A stretch of 64,000 nt of DNA from positions 1-64,000 of the forward strand of contig JAVZXS010000001.1 of assembly GCA_038886535.1 (NCBI GenBank), given 5' to 3'. Shown here piece after piece: positions 37,102 to 47,446 of the stretch. Within the stretch, counting starts at the first letter, position 1. Each line of letters starts with the position of its first letter. Source of the stretch: Candidatus Micrarchaeia archaeon. Lineage in GTDB: Archaea > Micrarchaeota > Micrarchaeia > CABMEP01. A model generated the notes under the pieces. The model worked only from the letters and a program-made list of their open reading frames with translations. It ran no database searches and was not told the origin of the DNA. A program made the position numbers and the translations under genes.

Positions 37102-39750
37102 ATGACAGAAGCGTATCATCTACTTTCAGTTAATCAAACATTAAATACTTTGAACACATCTAAAGAAGGACTGACTTCATCTGAAGCAAAAGCAAGACTT
37201 TCAAAATATGGATACAATGAAATACAAGAAAAAAGAAAAAAAACAGACATTGAAATTTTTATAGATCAATTCAAAAGCTTCCTTATTATAATTCTTATAG
37301 TAGCAGTAATACTCTCTTTTGCATTTGGAGAGTATATAGATGGAATTTTGATATTGTTAATAATCTTTCTTAATGCATTTTTAGGTTTTGTCCAAACAAA
37401 GAAAGCAGAAGAAGCAATAGCTGCCTTGAAAAAGCTTACAGTGCCTGTTGTTAAAGTATTGAGAGATAAAGAGGTAAAGAACATATCTTCAAGGGAACTT
37501 GTTCCTGGAGATATTGTGATTTTGGATACAGGAGATAAAGTACCTGCTGATTGTAGAATCATAAGTCAAATAAACCTGAAAGTAGACGAATCGGTGCTTA
37601 CTGGTGAATCTATCCCAGTTTCAAAATCTTCAGAACAAATAAAATCTCCTCAACCGATTCAAAATCAATCCAATATGCTGTTCATGGGGACGTCTATAGT
37701 ATATGGAAGATGCGAAGCAGTTGTAGTTTCAACAGGAATGAATACTGAGTTTGGAAAGATAGCACTTTCTATACAACAAGGAGAGGAAATCACTCCATTA
37801 CAAAGAAAATTGGATGAGTTTGGAAAGTTTATAGGTAAGGTTTTTCTTTTTATTTGTTTCACAGTCTTTATTTTGGGTTTGATAAATGGAATCGAATTTA
37901 TAACAATCGCAATAACTGCGATTTCTCTGGCTGTTGCAGCAGTTCCTGAAGGATTACTTGCATCTATAACGATAGCATTATCTTTAGGAGTAGCTACGAT
38001 GGCAAAACATAAGGCAATAGTAAGAAAATTAACTGCAGTTGAGGGATTGGGAAGTGTTACAGTTATATGTACAGATAAGACAGGAACCTTAACTGTAAAT
38101 GAAATGACAGTAAAGAGAATATGGAATATTGACAAAGAGTATAATGTTACAGGTGAGGGATATAAAAAAGAAGGAAAAATTTTGATCAATGACAAGGAGA
38201 TAGATAAACTTCCAGAGGAATTAAAATTAACACTGAAATCAGGTCTTTACTGCAACAACTCATTTATAAACGGCGAGCCAGTCGGTGATCCAACTGAAAT
38301 AGCATTGCTTTTATCTGCATACAAAGCAGGATTAGAAGATGATAGGTCAGAAAAAAATAGATTAGATGAAATCCAATTCGACTCAGAAAGAAAAATGATG
38401 TCTGTACTATATAAGTATGATAAGTCAAAGAATATAATATGGACAAAAGGTGCAACTGAAAAAGTGCTTGAAAGATGCGCATATGTAATGAAAGAAGGAA
38501 AAATAGTAAAGTTAACAAATCAGCATAAGAAAGCAATATTAAATAAAGAAAAAGAATATGCATCATTAAGCTTCAGAGTTTTAGCATTTGCAATGAAGAT
38601 TACATCTTCTAATAAGATAGTTGAAGACAAACTAGTCTTTTTAGGTCTTCAGGCTATGATAGATCCACCAAGACCAGAGGTTAAGAATGCAATAGCAACT
38701 TGTAAGAAAGCAGGAATAGATGTAATAATGATAACAGGTGACCATAAAGAGACTGCTATTGCGATAGGAAAAGAATTAGGTATAATGGATAATGGGCTTG
38801 CAATTACTGGTGCAGAGTTGGATAAGATAAGCGATTCAGAATTGAAGAAATTGATGCCAAATATAAAAATATTTGCAAGGGCATCTCCAGAGCATAAAGT
38901 TAGAATAACTAAGATACTCAAAGAAAATGGAGAAATAGTAGCAATGACTGGAGATGGAATAAACGATGCTCCAGCTTTGAAGGCTGCGGATGTTGGAGTA
39001 GCAATGGGTCAGACTGGAACTGATGTAACTAGAGAGGTTGCTGATCTTGTGATTTCAGATGACAACTTTGCAACTATTGTTAATGCTGTGGAACAAGGAA
39101 GAGGAATTTACGAAAACATAAGAAAGACGATAGCATTTCTACTTTCAGGGAATATAGCCGAAGTTTTCATAATATTTCTAGCAATACTTATAGGTCTTCC
39201 TCTACCTTTGGTTGCAATACAGATATTATGGATAAATCTGGTAACAGATGGTCTGCCAGCATTAGCTCTTTCTGTCGATCCAATCTCTAAGGAGGTCATG
39301 AATAGAAAACCAAGGTCTCCAAAAGAAGATATAACTAGTGGTTTGGAAATATATCTGATTCACTATCCTATAATATTGACATTCTTTTCACTTGTATCAT
39401 TTATTTATGTTTTAGAATCATCAAATGACTTGGTAAAAGCACAGACTATAGTATTCACATTAGTTGTATTTTTTGAGATGTTTCAATCTTTTGCATGCAG
39501 GTCTTTAGAAAAACCAGTAGGAAAAGAGATTCTTAAAAACAGATATTTATTACTGGCTGCTGTAGCAGCACTTGTTCTTCAAATGTCAATTTTATATTTT
39601 GAACCTATGCAAATGTTATTCGGTACAAAATCACTTACTGCTTTGGAATTAGTTGCGATAGTATCGGTGTCTTTAGTTGGATTCCTATATATCGAATTAA
39701 CCAAATCTTTGAAGAGTAAGGAAGTTCAAAGGCAATTAAATAAATCTTAA
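37102..39750 (+). CDS. P-type cation-transporting ATPase (type II, Ca2+-like)
   Basis: TGES, VPEGL, DKTGTLT, KGA, TGD, TGDGINDAPAL, NLVTDG. Confidence 0.96.
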   Translation: MTEAYHLLSVNQTLNTLNTSKEGLTSSEAKARLSKYGYNEIQEKRKKTDIEIFIDQFKSFLIIILIVAVILSFAFGEYIDGILILLIIFLNAFLGFVQTKKAEEAIAALKKLTVPVVKVLRDKEVKNISSRELVPGDIVILDTGDKVPADCRIISQINLKVDESVLTGESIPVSKSSEQIKSPQPIQNQSNMLFMGTSIVYGRCEAVVVSTGMNTEFGKIALSIQQGEEITPLQRKLDEFGKFIGKVFLFICFTVFILGLINGIEFITIAITAISLAVAAVPEGLLASITIALSLGVATMAKHKAIVRKLTAVEGLGSVTVICTDKTGTLTVNEMTVKRIWNIDKEYNVTGEGYKKEGKILINDKEIDKLPEELKLTLKSGLYCNNSFINGEPVGDPTEIALLLSAYKAGLEDDRSEKNRLDEIQFDSERKMMSVLYKYDKSKNIIWTKGATEKVLERCAYVMKEGKIVKLTNQHKKAILNKEKEYASLSFRVLAFAMKITSSNKIVEDKLVFLGLQAMIDPPRPEVKNAIATCKKAGIDVIMITGDHKETAIAIGKELGIMDNGLAITGAELDKISDSELKKLMPNIKIFARASPEHKVRITKILKENGEIVAMTGDGINDAPALKAADVGVAMGQTGTDVTREVADLVISDDNFATIVNAVEQGRGIYENIRKTIAFLLSGNIAEVFIIFLAILIGLPLPLVAIQILWINLVTDGLPALALSVDPISKEVMNRKPRSPKEDITSGLEIYLIHYPIILTFFSLVSFIYVLESSNDLVKAQTIVFTLVVFFEMFQSFACRSLEKPVGKEILKNRYLLLAAVAALVLQMSILYFEPMQMLFGTKSLTALELVAIVSVSLVGFLYIELTKSLKSKEVQRQLNKS

Positions 39751-39755
39751 ATCAA

Positions 39756-41063
39756 TTAGAAACCGAATCCTTTTCCTTTAAATAGCTTTTGTAGGTTTCT
39801 TTGCATACTTTTATTCTTCTGTAACTGTTCATACATCTTTTTCATCTTGCCAAATTGAGTTATAAATTCCTTTACAACAGAAGCAGGCACACCTGAACCT
39901 TTAGAAATTCTTTCTATTCTTGAAGGACTTTTTCTAACTAGATCTGGATTCTTTCTTTCAGCCTTAGTCATCGAATCTATGATTGATTCGTATTGGTTCA
40001 TTTTTTGCTCTCCCTGTTCAAGAACTTCTTTAGGTATATTAACCATTCCCATCATCTCAAACAGACCTTTCAGAGGACCCATATTTCTTGCAGCCTTTAA
40101 TTGTTTGTAGAAAGTTTCAATAGTGAATTCTTCAGGCATCTCTTCCATTCCTTCAGGCACTGCAGCTTTAACTTTTTCAATCAAAGCCTCGAAGTCAGGC
40201 ACACCTAAAAGTCTTCCCACAAATTTAGATGGATTGAATTCTTCTATGTCTCCTATCTTTTCTCCCACACCTATGAATATAACTTTCACGCCTGCAGTTG
40301 CACATGCTGTAAGTGCACCACCGCCCTTTCCGCTTCCATCCATCTTAGTTATTATAACTCCAGTTAGTCCAACTGCATTATTGAATTCTTCAGCCTGCTT
40401 CTTTGCAACCTGTCCTATGTCAGCAGATATTACAAGTATTCTCTCATCAGGCTTTGCAACTTCATTTATCTCTCTTAATTCGGCTATTAGTTCGTCATCA
40501 AGCGCATCTCTCCCAGAGGTGTCTATGATTATAACATCGTTCCTTAATTTTTCTAGGCCTTCTTTAACAACATCCTTAGCTTTGACACCTTCCCCTTTTC
40601 TTCCATAAAAGTTGCAGCCTACTTGCTTTGAAAGCTGTTCAAGCTGTTCATATGCTGCAGGCCTCATCATGTCAGCCGCAATCACACCTACGCTCATTCC
40701 TCTCTGTTTCAAATAATAAGCAACCTTTCCTACCTGCGTAGTCTTTCCCGACCCGAACAATCCACACATCATTATCTTTTGAGGTTTTAGCTCGAGCTTC
40801 CTTCCCTCTCCCATGATCTTAGTGAGTTCTTCATATACAATTGCATGGATGTGTTCGCTCATGCTTCTTCCAGCAGGAGGTTTTTCATGAAGAGAACGAT
40901 TTTCTATCTGCTTTGAAAGCTTGTACACTAACTCTATATTCACATCTGATAGTATAAGCGCTCTTTGTATCTCTTTTATCATTGATTTGACAGCACTTTC
41001 ATCTATTATTGCTTTTCCAGTTATTTTCGCAAGTGCTTTTCTTATTCCTTCTCCAATGTTCAT
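39756..41063 (-). CDS. srp54: Signal recognition particle protein SRP54
   Basis: GLFGSGKTT, DTSGR, TKMDGSGKGGGAL, M domain SMTKAER...RISKGSG. Confidence 0.97.
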   Translation of the reverse strand: MNIGEGIRKALAKITGKAIIDESAVKSMIKEIQRALILSDVNIELVYKLSKQIENRSLHEKPPAGRSMSEHIHAIVYEELTKIMGEGRKLELKPQKIMMCGLFGSGKTTQVGKVAYYLKQRGMSVGVIAADMMRPAAYEQLEQLSKQVGCNFYGRKGEGVKAKDVVKEGLEKLRNDVIIIDTSGRDALDDELIAELREINEVAKPDERILVISADIGQVAKKQAEEFNNAVGLTGVIITKMDGSGKGGGALTACATAGVKVIFIGVGEKIGDIEEFNPSKFVGRLLGVPDFEALIEKVKAAVPEGMEEMPEEFTIETFYKQLKAARNMGPLKGLFEMMGMVNIPKEVLEQGEQKMNQYESIIDSMTKAERKNPDLVRKSPSRIERISKGSGVPASVVKEFITQFGKMKKMYEQLQKNKSMQRNLQKLFKGKGFGF

Positions 41064-41085
41064 CTTATCACTATCTATTAATCAT

Positions 41086-42231
41086 TTATGGTTGTACCCA
41101 TTCTATTTCATAGTATTCATACTTGCTTTTAGGCAAGTTTATTCTTTTAACTCTGTAATATGTAACAGAAGTTTCCCTATCTACTATTCCAAGCATGACA
41201 TCTAATCCAATCTCCTTTGCTTCTTCTATTGCAGATGCGAGTTCATTCCCTCCAATCATCTCATCCTCACTAAGAGATACAAGTGCAAAGGAGGGACTGT
41301 CCTTTTCAGGTGTTTCAATATTGTTGTTTTTTCTATGATATAATAAGAAGCTTATCATTCCTTTTTCTAATTTTGTTTTCTTTCCAGGTATTGCAAGTAT
41401 GAAGGTTTTTCTTACCCCATGCGCAACCCTTATTGCTCTTGCCCATTCAGCAATTATCATTCTTTTTTCTCTTGGAAATACATGAAGAACATGTTTTGAA
41501 TGAGTCCAATCTTTTCCTTTTCCTGGCAATGCGCCAGGGAAATATATCCTGAAATGTGTTCCGAACTTGAAGCCAGTCTTCACTACAAATCCATTCATTC
41601 TCCAGTCTTCATAGACATTATACATTGATTCGAAATCGTTTTCTTCCTTCAATATTTTTTCCAATTCCTTTTCAGTCAAGTTAATCAGTTTCAGCCCACA
41701 ATTCTTAACAAGAAAATATGTCTCAAACTTATCTAACTTTAGGAACTTTCCTCTTCCTTCTGCCTTGTATGAACCATATTGTCCGATCCAATAATTATTA
41801 TAAAGCTCCTTTCCAATCTCTTCATTTTCCAATATTGCCATTTTATCGTCTTTGAAGAATATTGCTTCAGCCTGGATTTTTGGGAATTTTGTTTCTTTAC
41901 TTGGATATTTTACAGTGGGATTTTTTTCATATTTGCCATCTTTCTTGTATTTTTTAATTATCAGTCCTCTTTCTCTCCAATCACGGAATGTCATGTATTC
42001 TGCAAACATCTTTTCCTTATTGAATCTCTCTGCTATTTGCGAGAAGGTGATTTCCTTTCCATTTTCTATGCAAACAGCATTTCTCACTTCTATTAGATAC
42101 ATTGCTTCCTCAGGAGTTATAACTATCTCTCCCTTGCCTTTTTCACCGTAGTAAGATCTTCTCAGTGCTTCATAGTCTTCAGGATTTTTCACTTTAAGCT
42201 TTCCATCTTCAAGGAAAATAGTTATTGGCAT
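41086..42231 (-). CDS. endA: tRNA splicing endonuclease, probably epsilon2 (three-unit) type
   Basis: 381 aa; KTGFKFGTHFRIY, His in WTHSKH, RVAHGVRK; GSYK loop resembling the ARMAN-specific loop. Confidence 0.92.
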   Translation of the reverse strand: MPITIFLEDGKLKVKNPEDYEALRRSYYGEKGKGEIVITPEEAMYLIEVRNAVCIENGKEITFSQIAERFNKEKMFAEYMTFRDWRERGLIIKKYKKDGKYEKNPTVKYPSKETKFPKIQAEAIFFKDDKMAILENEEIGKELYNNYWIGQYGSYKAEGRGKFLKLDKFETYFLVKNCGLKLINLTEKELEKILKEENDFESMYNVYEDWRMNGFVVKTGFKFGTHFRIYFPGALPGKGKDWTHSKHVLHVFPREKRMIIAEWARAIRVAHGVRKTFILAIPGKKTKLEKGMISFLLYHRKNNNIETPEKDSPSFALVSLSEDEMIGGNELASAIEEAKEIGLDVMLGIVDRETSVTYYRVKRINLPKSKYEYYEIEWVQP

Positions 42232-42283
42232 ATGGTAATTATATCAAGTTAGGTTTAAATAAGATTCTTTTAATAATTTATTT

Positions 42284-42757
42284 ATGGTTGAAAATAAGGA
42301 AAAAATAAGGAAAGGAATAAGTGCCATAGTTTTCAGACTGAAAGATAAAGAGCCAGAATTCCTTATTCTTCATAGAATTAAAAGATGGAATGGCTGGGAA
42401 ATGTTGAAAGGAGGAAGAATTGGAAGAGAAAAACCGATGCATAATCTAATGAGAGAATTAAAAGAAGAAATTCATGCAGATCAGAAGAAATTAGGGACAA
42501 TAATTCCATTACCATTTAAGCTTAAATTTAAGACACCCAAAGATTATGTTAAAAAATATAGATACACAGGAATGGAATTTCAATCCTTTTTGGTTGAATA
42601 TAATGGACCTGTATCTATAAAAGGAAATGCTGTTCTTGAGCATGATGAATATAGATGGGTAAGCTATAAGGAAGCATTAAGACTTCTTACTCATGATACA
42701 AATAAGAACCTACTTAAAAAAGCATATAAAATACTTAAAGAGAAAATAAAACCATAA
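42284..42757 (+). CDS. NUDIX hydrolase
   Basis: WEMLKGG...RELKEE Nudix box, EHDEYRWV. Confidence 0.88.
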   Translation: MVENKEKIRKGISAIVFRLKDKEPEFLILHRIKRWNGWEMLKGGRIGREKPMHNLMRELKEEIHADQKKLGTIIPLPFKLKFKTPKDYVKKYRYTGMEFQSFLVEYNGPVSIKGNAVLEHDEYRWVSYKEALRLLTHDTNKNLLKKAYKILKEKIKP

Positions 42758-42768
42758 TTCTATAACTG

Positions 42769-43173
42769 TTACTTGCAGAGTACTATAACTTTTCTTTCCC
42801 TAGGTCCATCAAACTCACACAGCATTATACCTTGCCATGTTCCTAAAAGAAGCTTACCATTTTTAAAAGGTATAGTAACACTAGGGCCTATAAGTGCAGC
42901 TTTTATATGCGCAGCTCCATTGCCATCTACCTTATCATGTCTCCACTTTCCTTCAGGGATAATTTTAGATAAAGAATCTAGAAAATCATCACATACGGAA
43001 GGATCCCAATTTTCATTTATAGTTAATGCTGCAGTCGCATGCGGAACATAGACAAGACAAATCCCTTCCTCTATCTTCTTTTCTTTTGATTCTTTTCTTA
43101 CAATTTCTTCTACTTCTTTAGTTATATTTATTATTTCATTTTTTCTTTCAGATTTGACTACAATTTCATGCAT
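42769..43173 (-). CDS. yjbQ: YjbQ/UPF0047 family protein
   Basis: HATAALTINE, NGAAHIKA, LGTWQGI..CEFDGPR. Confidence 0.93.
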   Translation of the reverse strand: MHEIVVKSERKNEIINITKEVEEIVRKESKEKKIEEGICLVYVPHATAALTINENWDPSVCDDFLDSLSKIIPEGKWRHDKVDGNGAAHIKAALIGPSVTIPFKNGKLLLGTWQGIMLCEFDGPRERKVIVLCK

Positions 43174-43247
43174 ACATCTTTTTCTGTAGATAATTATTTA
43201 AATTTGAATATAGTAATCTTATTATTCTCGCTTATTCTAGTGATTAT

Positions 43248-44240
43248 ATGATTTCAGATAGACTAAAGTCGCTACTAAAAAAACAAAAATATAGATTTGC
43301 AGGAAGGCATTCACTCGTAAAGATATGTCATTACACCCAGTCTTCAATGACAAAAGATCAATGGTGCTATAAGAATAAGTTTTATGGGATAAGAAGCAAT
43401 CAATGTTTGCAATGTACAACCACTCCTTTCTGTTTTAATCAATGCATATTCTGCTGGAGAGCCCAACCGGGTGAAGTTGAAGCAGATACTGATTTAATAT
43501 TTTCAAACAAAATAGATCAGTGGGATGAACCTAAAGAAATAATAGATCAGATGATTGAAGCACAACGTAAATTGCTTTCTGGAATTGGAGGGCACTATAA
43601 TGTAAACAAAGACCTTTGGAAAGAAGCACAAAATCCTAAGCATGTTGCATTAAGCGTACTTGGTGAACCTATATCTTATCCAAAATTGAAAGAACTTCTT
43701 TCTGAGTTCCATAGCAGAGGAATGAGTACTTTTATTGTAACGGCAGGAAGTGTTCCAGGCGCAATCAAGAAAATGATTGATGAAAAATATTTTCCCACAC
43801 AACTATATCTTTCAATGAGTGGGTATGATAAGGAAAGTTTCGAAAAGATTATGCGGCCTAAAAATAAAGACGGATGGGATAGATATCTTACATCTTTGAT
43901 GCTTTTAAAAGAGGCAGGCAAATATACGAGAACAGTTATAAGAATGACTTTAATAAAAGGACTAAATTTAAAATATCCTGAAAAATATGCAGAATTGATA
44001 AAGATTGCACAACCTCATTATGTAGAGGTAAAGGCATATATGGCAGTTGGTTTTTCAAGGAAAAGAATAGGTTTGTCAGGTATGCCATATATGGAAGAGA
44101 TAAGAGAGTTTGCAGAGAAATTAGCAAAAGAAACAGGTTATATAGTAACAGATGAGCACAAAGATTCCAGAGTTGTTCTTTTGTCAAGGGATAAAGAAGC
44201 AGAAAAAAATAGATTTATTGATTTCTCAAAAATAAAATAA
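43248..44240 (+). CDS. taw1: 4-demethylwyosine synthase (radical SAM, Taw1/TYW1)
   Basis: HSLVKICHY, CYKNKFYGI, CFNQCIFCWR, GEP, EVKAYMAVGFSR. Confidence 0.94.
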   Translation: MISDRLKSLLKKQKYRFAGRHSLVKICHYTQSSMTKDQWCYKNKFYGIRSNQCLQCTTTPFCFNQCIFCWRAQPGEVEADTDLIFSNKIDQWDEPKEIIDQMIEAQRKLLSGIGGHYNVNKDLWKEAQNPKHVALSVLGEPISYPKLKELLSEFHSRGMSTFIVTAGSVPGAIKKMIDEKYFPTQLYLSMSGYDKESFEKIMRPKNKDGWDRYLTSLMLLKEAGKYTRTVIRMTLIKGLNLKYPEKYAELIKIAQPHYVEVKAYMAVGFSRKRIGLSGMPYMEEIREFAEKLAKETGYIVTDEHKDSRVVLLSRDKEAEKNRFIDFSKIK

Positions 44241-44243
44241 ATA

Positions 44244-44684
44244 TTATTTAACTAATTTTTCCAATGTTCCTATTAAACTATCAATAAGAAGATTATCTGC
44301 TCTTTTTATTATAGCAATCATTTTCCTTCTAGTAATTAAAGGAAATCTATTTTCTAATATCTCATCAATAGTTTTGATTTCTTTATCTTCAAAGATAGGT
44401 TTCCCATCTTTTCCTCTATTCTTTGCATTTTTGAATATTTTTATTATAATCTTTATATCATCTGCATTTAATGCAGCTAATTCTATTCCTGTTGATAAAC
44501 CTTGTACGAATACCACATCTCTTTCAACTCCATCCGCCATCAATCTTTTCACATGTGTGTATTCAGCAGGGGTGATCTTTCCTTTAATTAATGTAAGAAC
44601 TGACTTCAGAATATCGAGTCTTTTTCTAACCTCTTTTTTTGCATCTTTTTTTACATCTCTTTTTATTTTGTACATTTCAGCCAT
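44244..44684 (-). CDS. Hypothetical protein
   Basis: 146-aa ORF with GGTGA RBS; no recognised motif. Confidence 0.65.
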   Translation of the reverse strand: MAEMYKIKRDVKKDAKKEVRKRLDILKSVLTLIKGKITPAEYTHVKRLMADGVERDVVFVQGLSTGIELAALNADDIKIIIKIFKNAKNRGKDGKPIFEDKEIKTIDEILENRFPLITRRKMIAIIKRADNLLIDSLIGTLEKLVK

Positions 44685-44837
44685 ATGTTCACCTTAATTT
44701 AATATTCCATTTAATTTTTAATACTTTCTTGCAATCTTCTTTATTTCTACTTTTATATATAAATAGAAATTAATTTAATTCTATTTTACTAATGTATAAA
44801 ATATAATTATCAAAAACAGCACTTAATATGTGATATA

Positions 44838-46508
44838 ATGGTAATAACTTTACAGGAAATGGTTGATCAATCAATAAGGACAGTTTTTACCACTGATTGG
44901 TTTGCAACTTCAATAATGGCACTCCTTCTATCCGCAGCTTTAAGTGCTTTGGCCTGGATGCTCTCTTCTGCATTTCAATCTAACGAATTGAAAGGATGGG
45001 CAAGAAAAGAATTAAGTGAATTTATAGTTACTGCATTAATTTTATTATTATCGGTCCCATTACTTATGACAATAACATCTATAACAATTGCATATGCAGG
45101 CAGTGATCCATTCTTTTTAGCAAAAAGTTTTTTAGATAAAGTCGAGGACGATTTGACATATACATATAGTTATCTTTTCGGGCTTAATATAGTTTATAGT
45201 GGGGCAAGCACACTTACGATTGATCTATCAAAAATACTATCCTGGCTTCTAACGATGGTTGGGTCGATTGCTGGACTAACAGCAGGCGGAGTCGGTGCGA
45301 TAGCTGGAGGTCTTGGTGGTTTTGGAATAGCTAATCTTGCAAAAGCAGTCACAGGTCTTAAATTAGGATTAAGTCTAGGAGCACCATTCAGTATGGTTGC
45401 AGATATTATTTCAAACATTTTATCTGGATTAGTGCCTTTCTTGTTAGCATTCTTTGTGCAGAAAGAACTTTTGTTTTTCATACAATATACAGCGCTCCCA
45501 GTGCTGTTCCCAACAGGGGTTCTTCTTCGTGCATTTCCACTTACTAGAAAAGCAGGTTCAACTTTGATTGCATTGTCACTAACATTATTTATAGCATATC
45601 CATTGACATTAGCATTTGCATCTAAGATGTATGACGATACAAAGGCTGCAATATCTACAGGACAATTAGATTATAGGCCTGAAAGAGTATCAATTCCATT
45701 TTTCAGACTTTTGCCTGATGCAGGAAGATATTATCTAAATCAATCTGATAGATTTCTTTGGGATGTATTTACTCCAATAAATTACTCAATTTGGGGAGAT
45801 GTTTCATGTAATGAAGTGGGTTCAATTTATGAATCAAGAAATCCCCAAAATCCAGAACCACCTCCAGAAGATTATATGTATTGGAAAATAACTGAAAGAA
45901 CAACTTATCCACTCTGTCCAAGTCCGTATGAGCCATGTAGAGAGGAAACAATGGAGGTTTCAAAATGCTATAGAAAGATTCAGAAAGGAGAAATTAATTC
46001 ATCTGGAAGTATTGAATACTTATTAAATAACGAGAATATATTTCCAAACAATAAGGTTCATTCAATAATATTGGTTACTAAGCAAACAAGAGAAGAAGGG
46101 GTTAGAATTGTTTCAGAAGAGGTTAGGTTTTATTTAGGTGATCCATGTCAAGAAAACTTATGGTCAATTTTATGGTGCAAGTTAAAGGGGACTGCAGGAG
46201 AATCTCCAATTAATGATGTTTCATACTTGAATCTGGCTGTAACTGCAAGTATTGGAGGAATAGAGGGTGCGGCAAGAGCAGTCGGTCAGATAACAGGTTA
46301 CACTGTAACAAATTATCTCGCTACTCCATATGCTGCAGGAATGGCATTTTATGGTTTAACTGATGTACTTCCTAATATTCTGTTTCCATATGTATTTACA
46401 ATATTTGTTTTCATAGTAATCATATTTGTGACAATCTCTACATTTAGATCTATATCAACAACATTAGGTGGAGAAACAAAGATAATTGAATTAGGCAGAT
46501 TGGTTTGA
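44838..46508 (+). CDS. Multi-TM protein, CedA/VirB6-like paralog 1 (glycine-zipper segment, Cys-containing insert)
   Basis: KGWARKELSE; PTGVLLRAFPLTRKAGSTLIALSLTLFIAYP; C-terminal LGGE..LGRLV. Confidence 0.6.
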   Translation: MVITLQEMVDQSIRTVFTTDWFATSIMALLLSAALSALAWMLSSAFQSNELKGWARKELSEFIVTALILLLSVPLLMTITSITIAYAGSDPFFLAKSFLDKVEDDLTYTYSYLFGLNIVYSGASTLTIDLSKILSWLLTMVGSIAGLTAGGVGAIAGGLGGFGIANLAKAVTGLKLGLSLGAPFSMVADIISNILSGLVPFLLAFFVQKELLFFIQYTALPVLFPTGVLLRAFPLTRKAGSTLIALSLTLFIAYPLTLAFASKMYDDTKAAISTGQLDYRPERVSIPFFRLLPDAGRYYLNQSDRFLWDVFTPINYSIWGDVSCNEVGSIYESRNPQNPEPPPEDYMYWKITERTTYPLCPSPYEPCREETMEVSKCYRKIQKGEINSSGSIEYLLNNENIFPNNKVHSIILVTKQTREEGVRIVSEEVRFYLGDPCQENLWSILWCKLKGTAGESPINDVSYLNLAVTASIGGIEGAARAVGQITGYTVTNYLATPYAAGMAFYGLTDVLPNILFPYVFTIFVFIVIIFVTISTFRSISTTLGGETKIIELGRLV

Positions 46509-46522
46509 GTATGAGGGATTAA

Positions 46523-47425
46523 ATGGTTGTAAGTACTTGCCAGGCTGTATTTGATGTATGGACGTATATAGGGGCAGCGTCAGCACTTGCAATCGCATTA
46601 ATCGCTTTTCTTTATGCTTTAGGAAGAATACTTACAAAGAGTGAGCTTGAGTCATTGGCAAAGAAAGAACTTTCAGAGTTTTTCATTTCATTTTTAATAG
46701 TAATAGGCGTTGCTGGTCTTTCTTCAATTATATGTCAGGTTACTCCATACATAGTTAAAGATGTAATAGGTTACGGAGATCAATTTTCAGCATCATATGA
46801 TTATCTTAATACACTTATTTATAAGAAAGGAATACCAGCCATACAAAGAGTTTGGACTTCCTCTATTATTTTGGATTCAATATCTTCTGTTGAAAGCAAG
46901 TTCAAAATTGGTAAATCTTCTAAATTGCTAGAGCAGGCAGAGGTAAAGGTCAAGCCAGCAGTCATATTAAAACCACTTAGTAAGATGCTTGGCATATTTA
47001 CAGGAATATTTCAAATATTAATAGGAAGTTTGCAAGCGCAGATGGTATTCATTCAGTTAGCAGAGGCATTTGCTTTGACGCTAATACTTCCAATAGGAAT
47101 GATTCTAAGAGCAATTCCAGGATTAAGGAAAGGAGGTTCTTATTTGATAGCCTTCGCATTTGGCCTTTACGTCGTCTTTCCACTTATGTATGTTATGAAT
47201 TATTCTGTATATAAAATAATTGAGCCTAGCTTTGGCGAACTAGTTTCAGTTCAAGTTAATCCAATTGAAACATTTAAGTTGTCATCTGACATTATCAATA
47301 TATTTAAGTATTTTGATGAATTTTCATTATTATTCCCTCAAGCACTTCTGCTTCCAGCACTTAATCTTACTATAACAATTGCATTTATTTCATCATTCGC
47401 AACGTTTCTTTCTGAAATAAAATAG
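46523..47425 (+). CDS. Multi-TM protein, CedA/VirB6-like paralog 2
   Basis: ESLAKKELSE; PIGMILRAIPGLRKGGSYLIAFAFGLYVVFP. Confidence 0.6.
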   Translation: MVVSTCQAVFDVWTYIGAASALAIALIAFLYALGRILTKSELESLAKKELSEFFISFLIVIGVAGLSSIICQVTPYIVKDVIGYGDQFSASYDYLNTLIYKKGIPAIQRVWTSSIILDSISSVESKFKIGKSSKLLEQAEVKVKPAVILKPLSKMLGIFTGIFQILIGSLQAQMVFIQLAEAFALTLILPIGMILRAIPGLRKGGSYLIAFAFGLYVVFPLMYVMNYSVYKIIEPSFGELVSVQVNPIETFKLSSDIINIFKYFDEFSLLFPQALLLPALNLTITIAFISSFATFLSEIK

Positions 47426-47446
47426 ATAGATATCTGATGTGATTAA

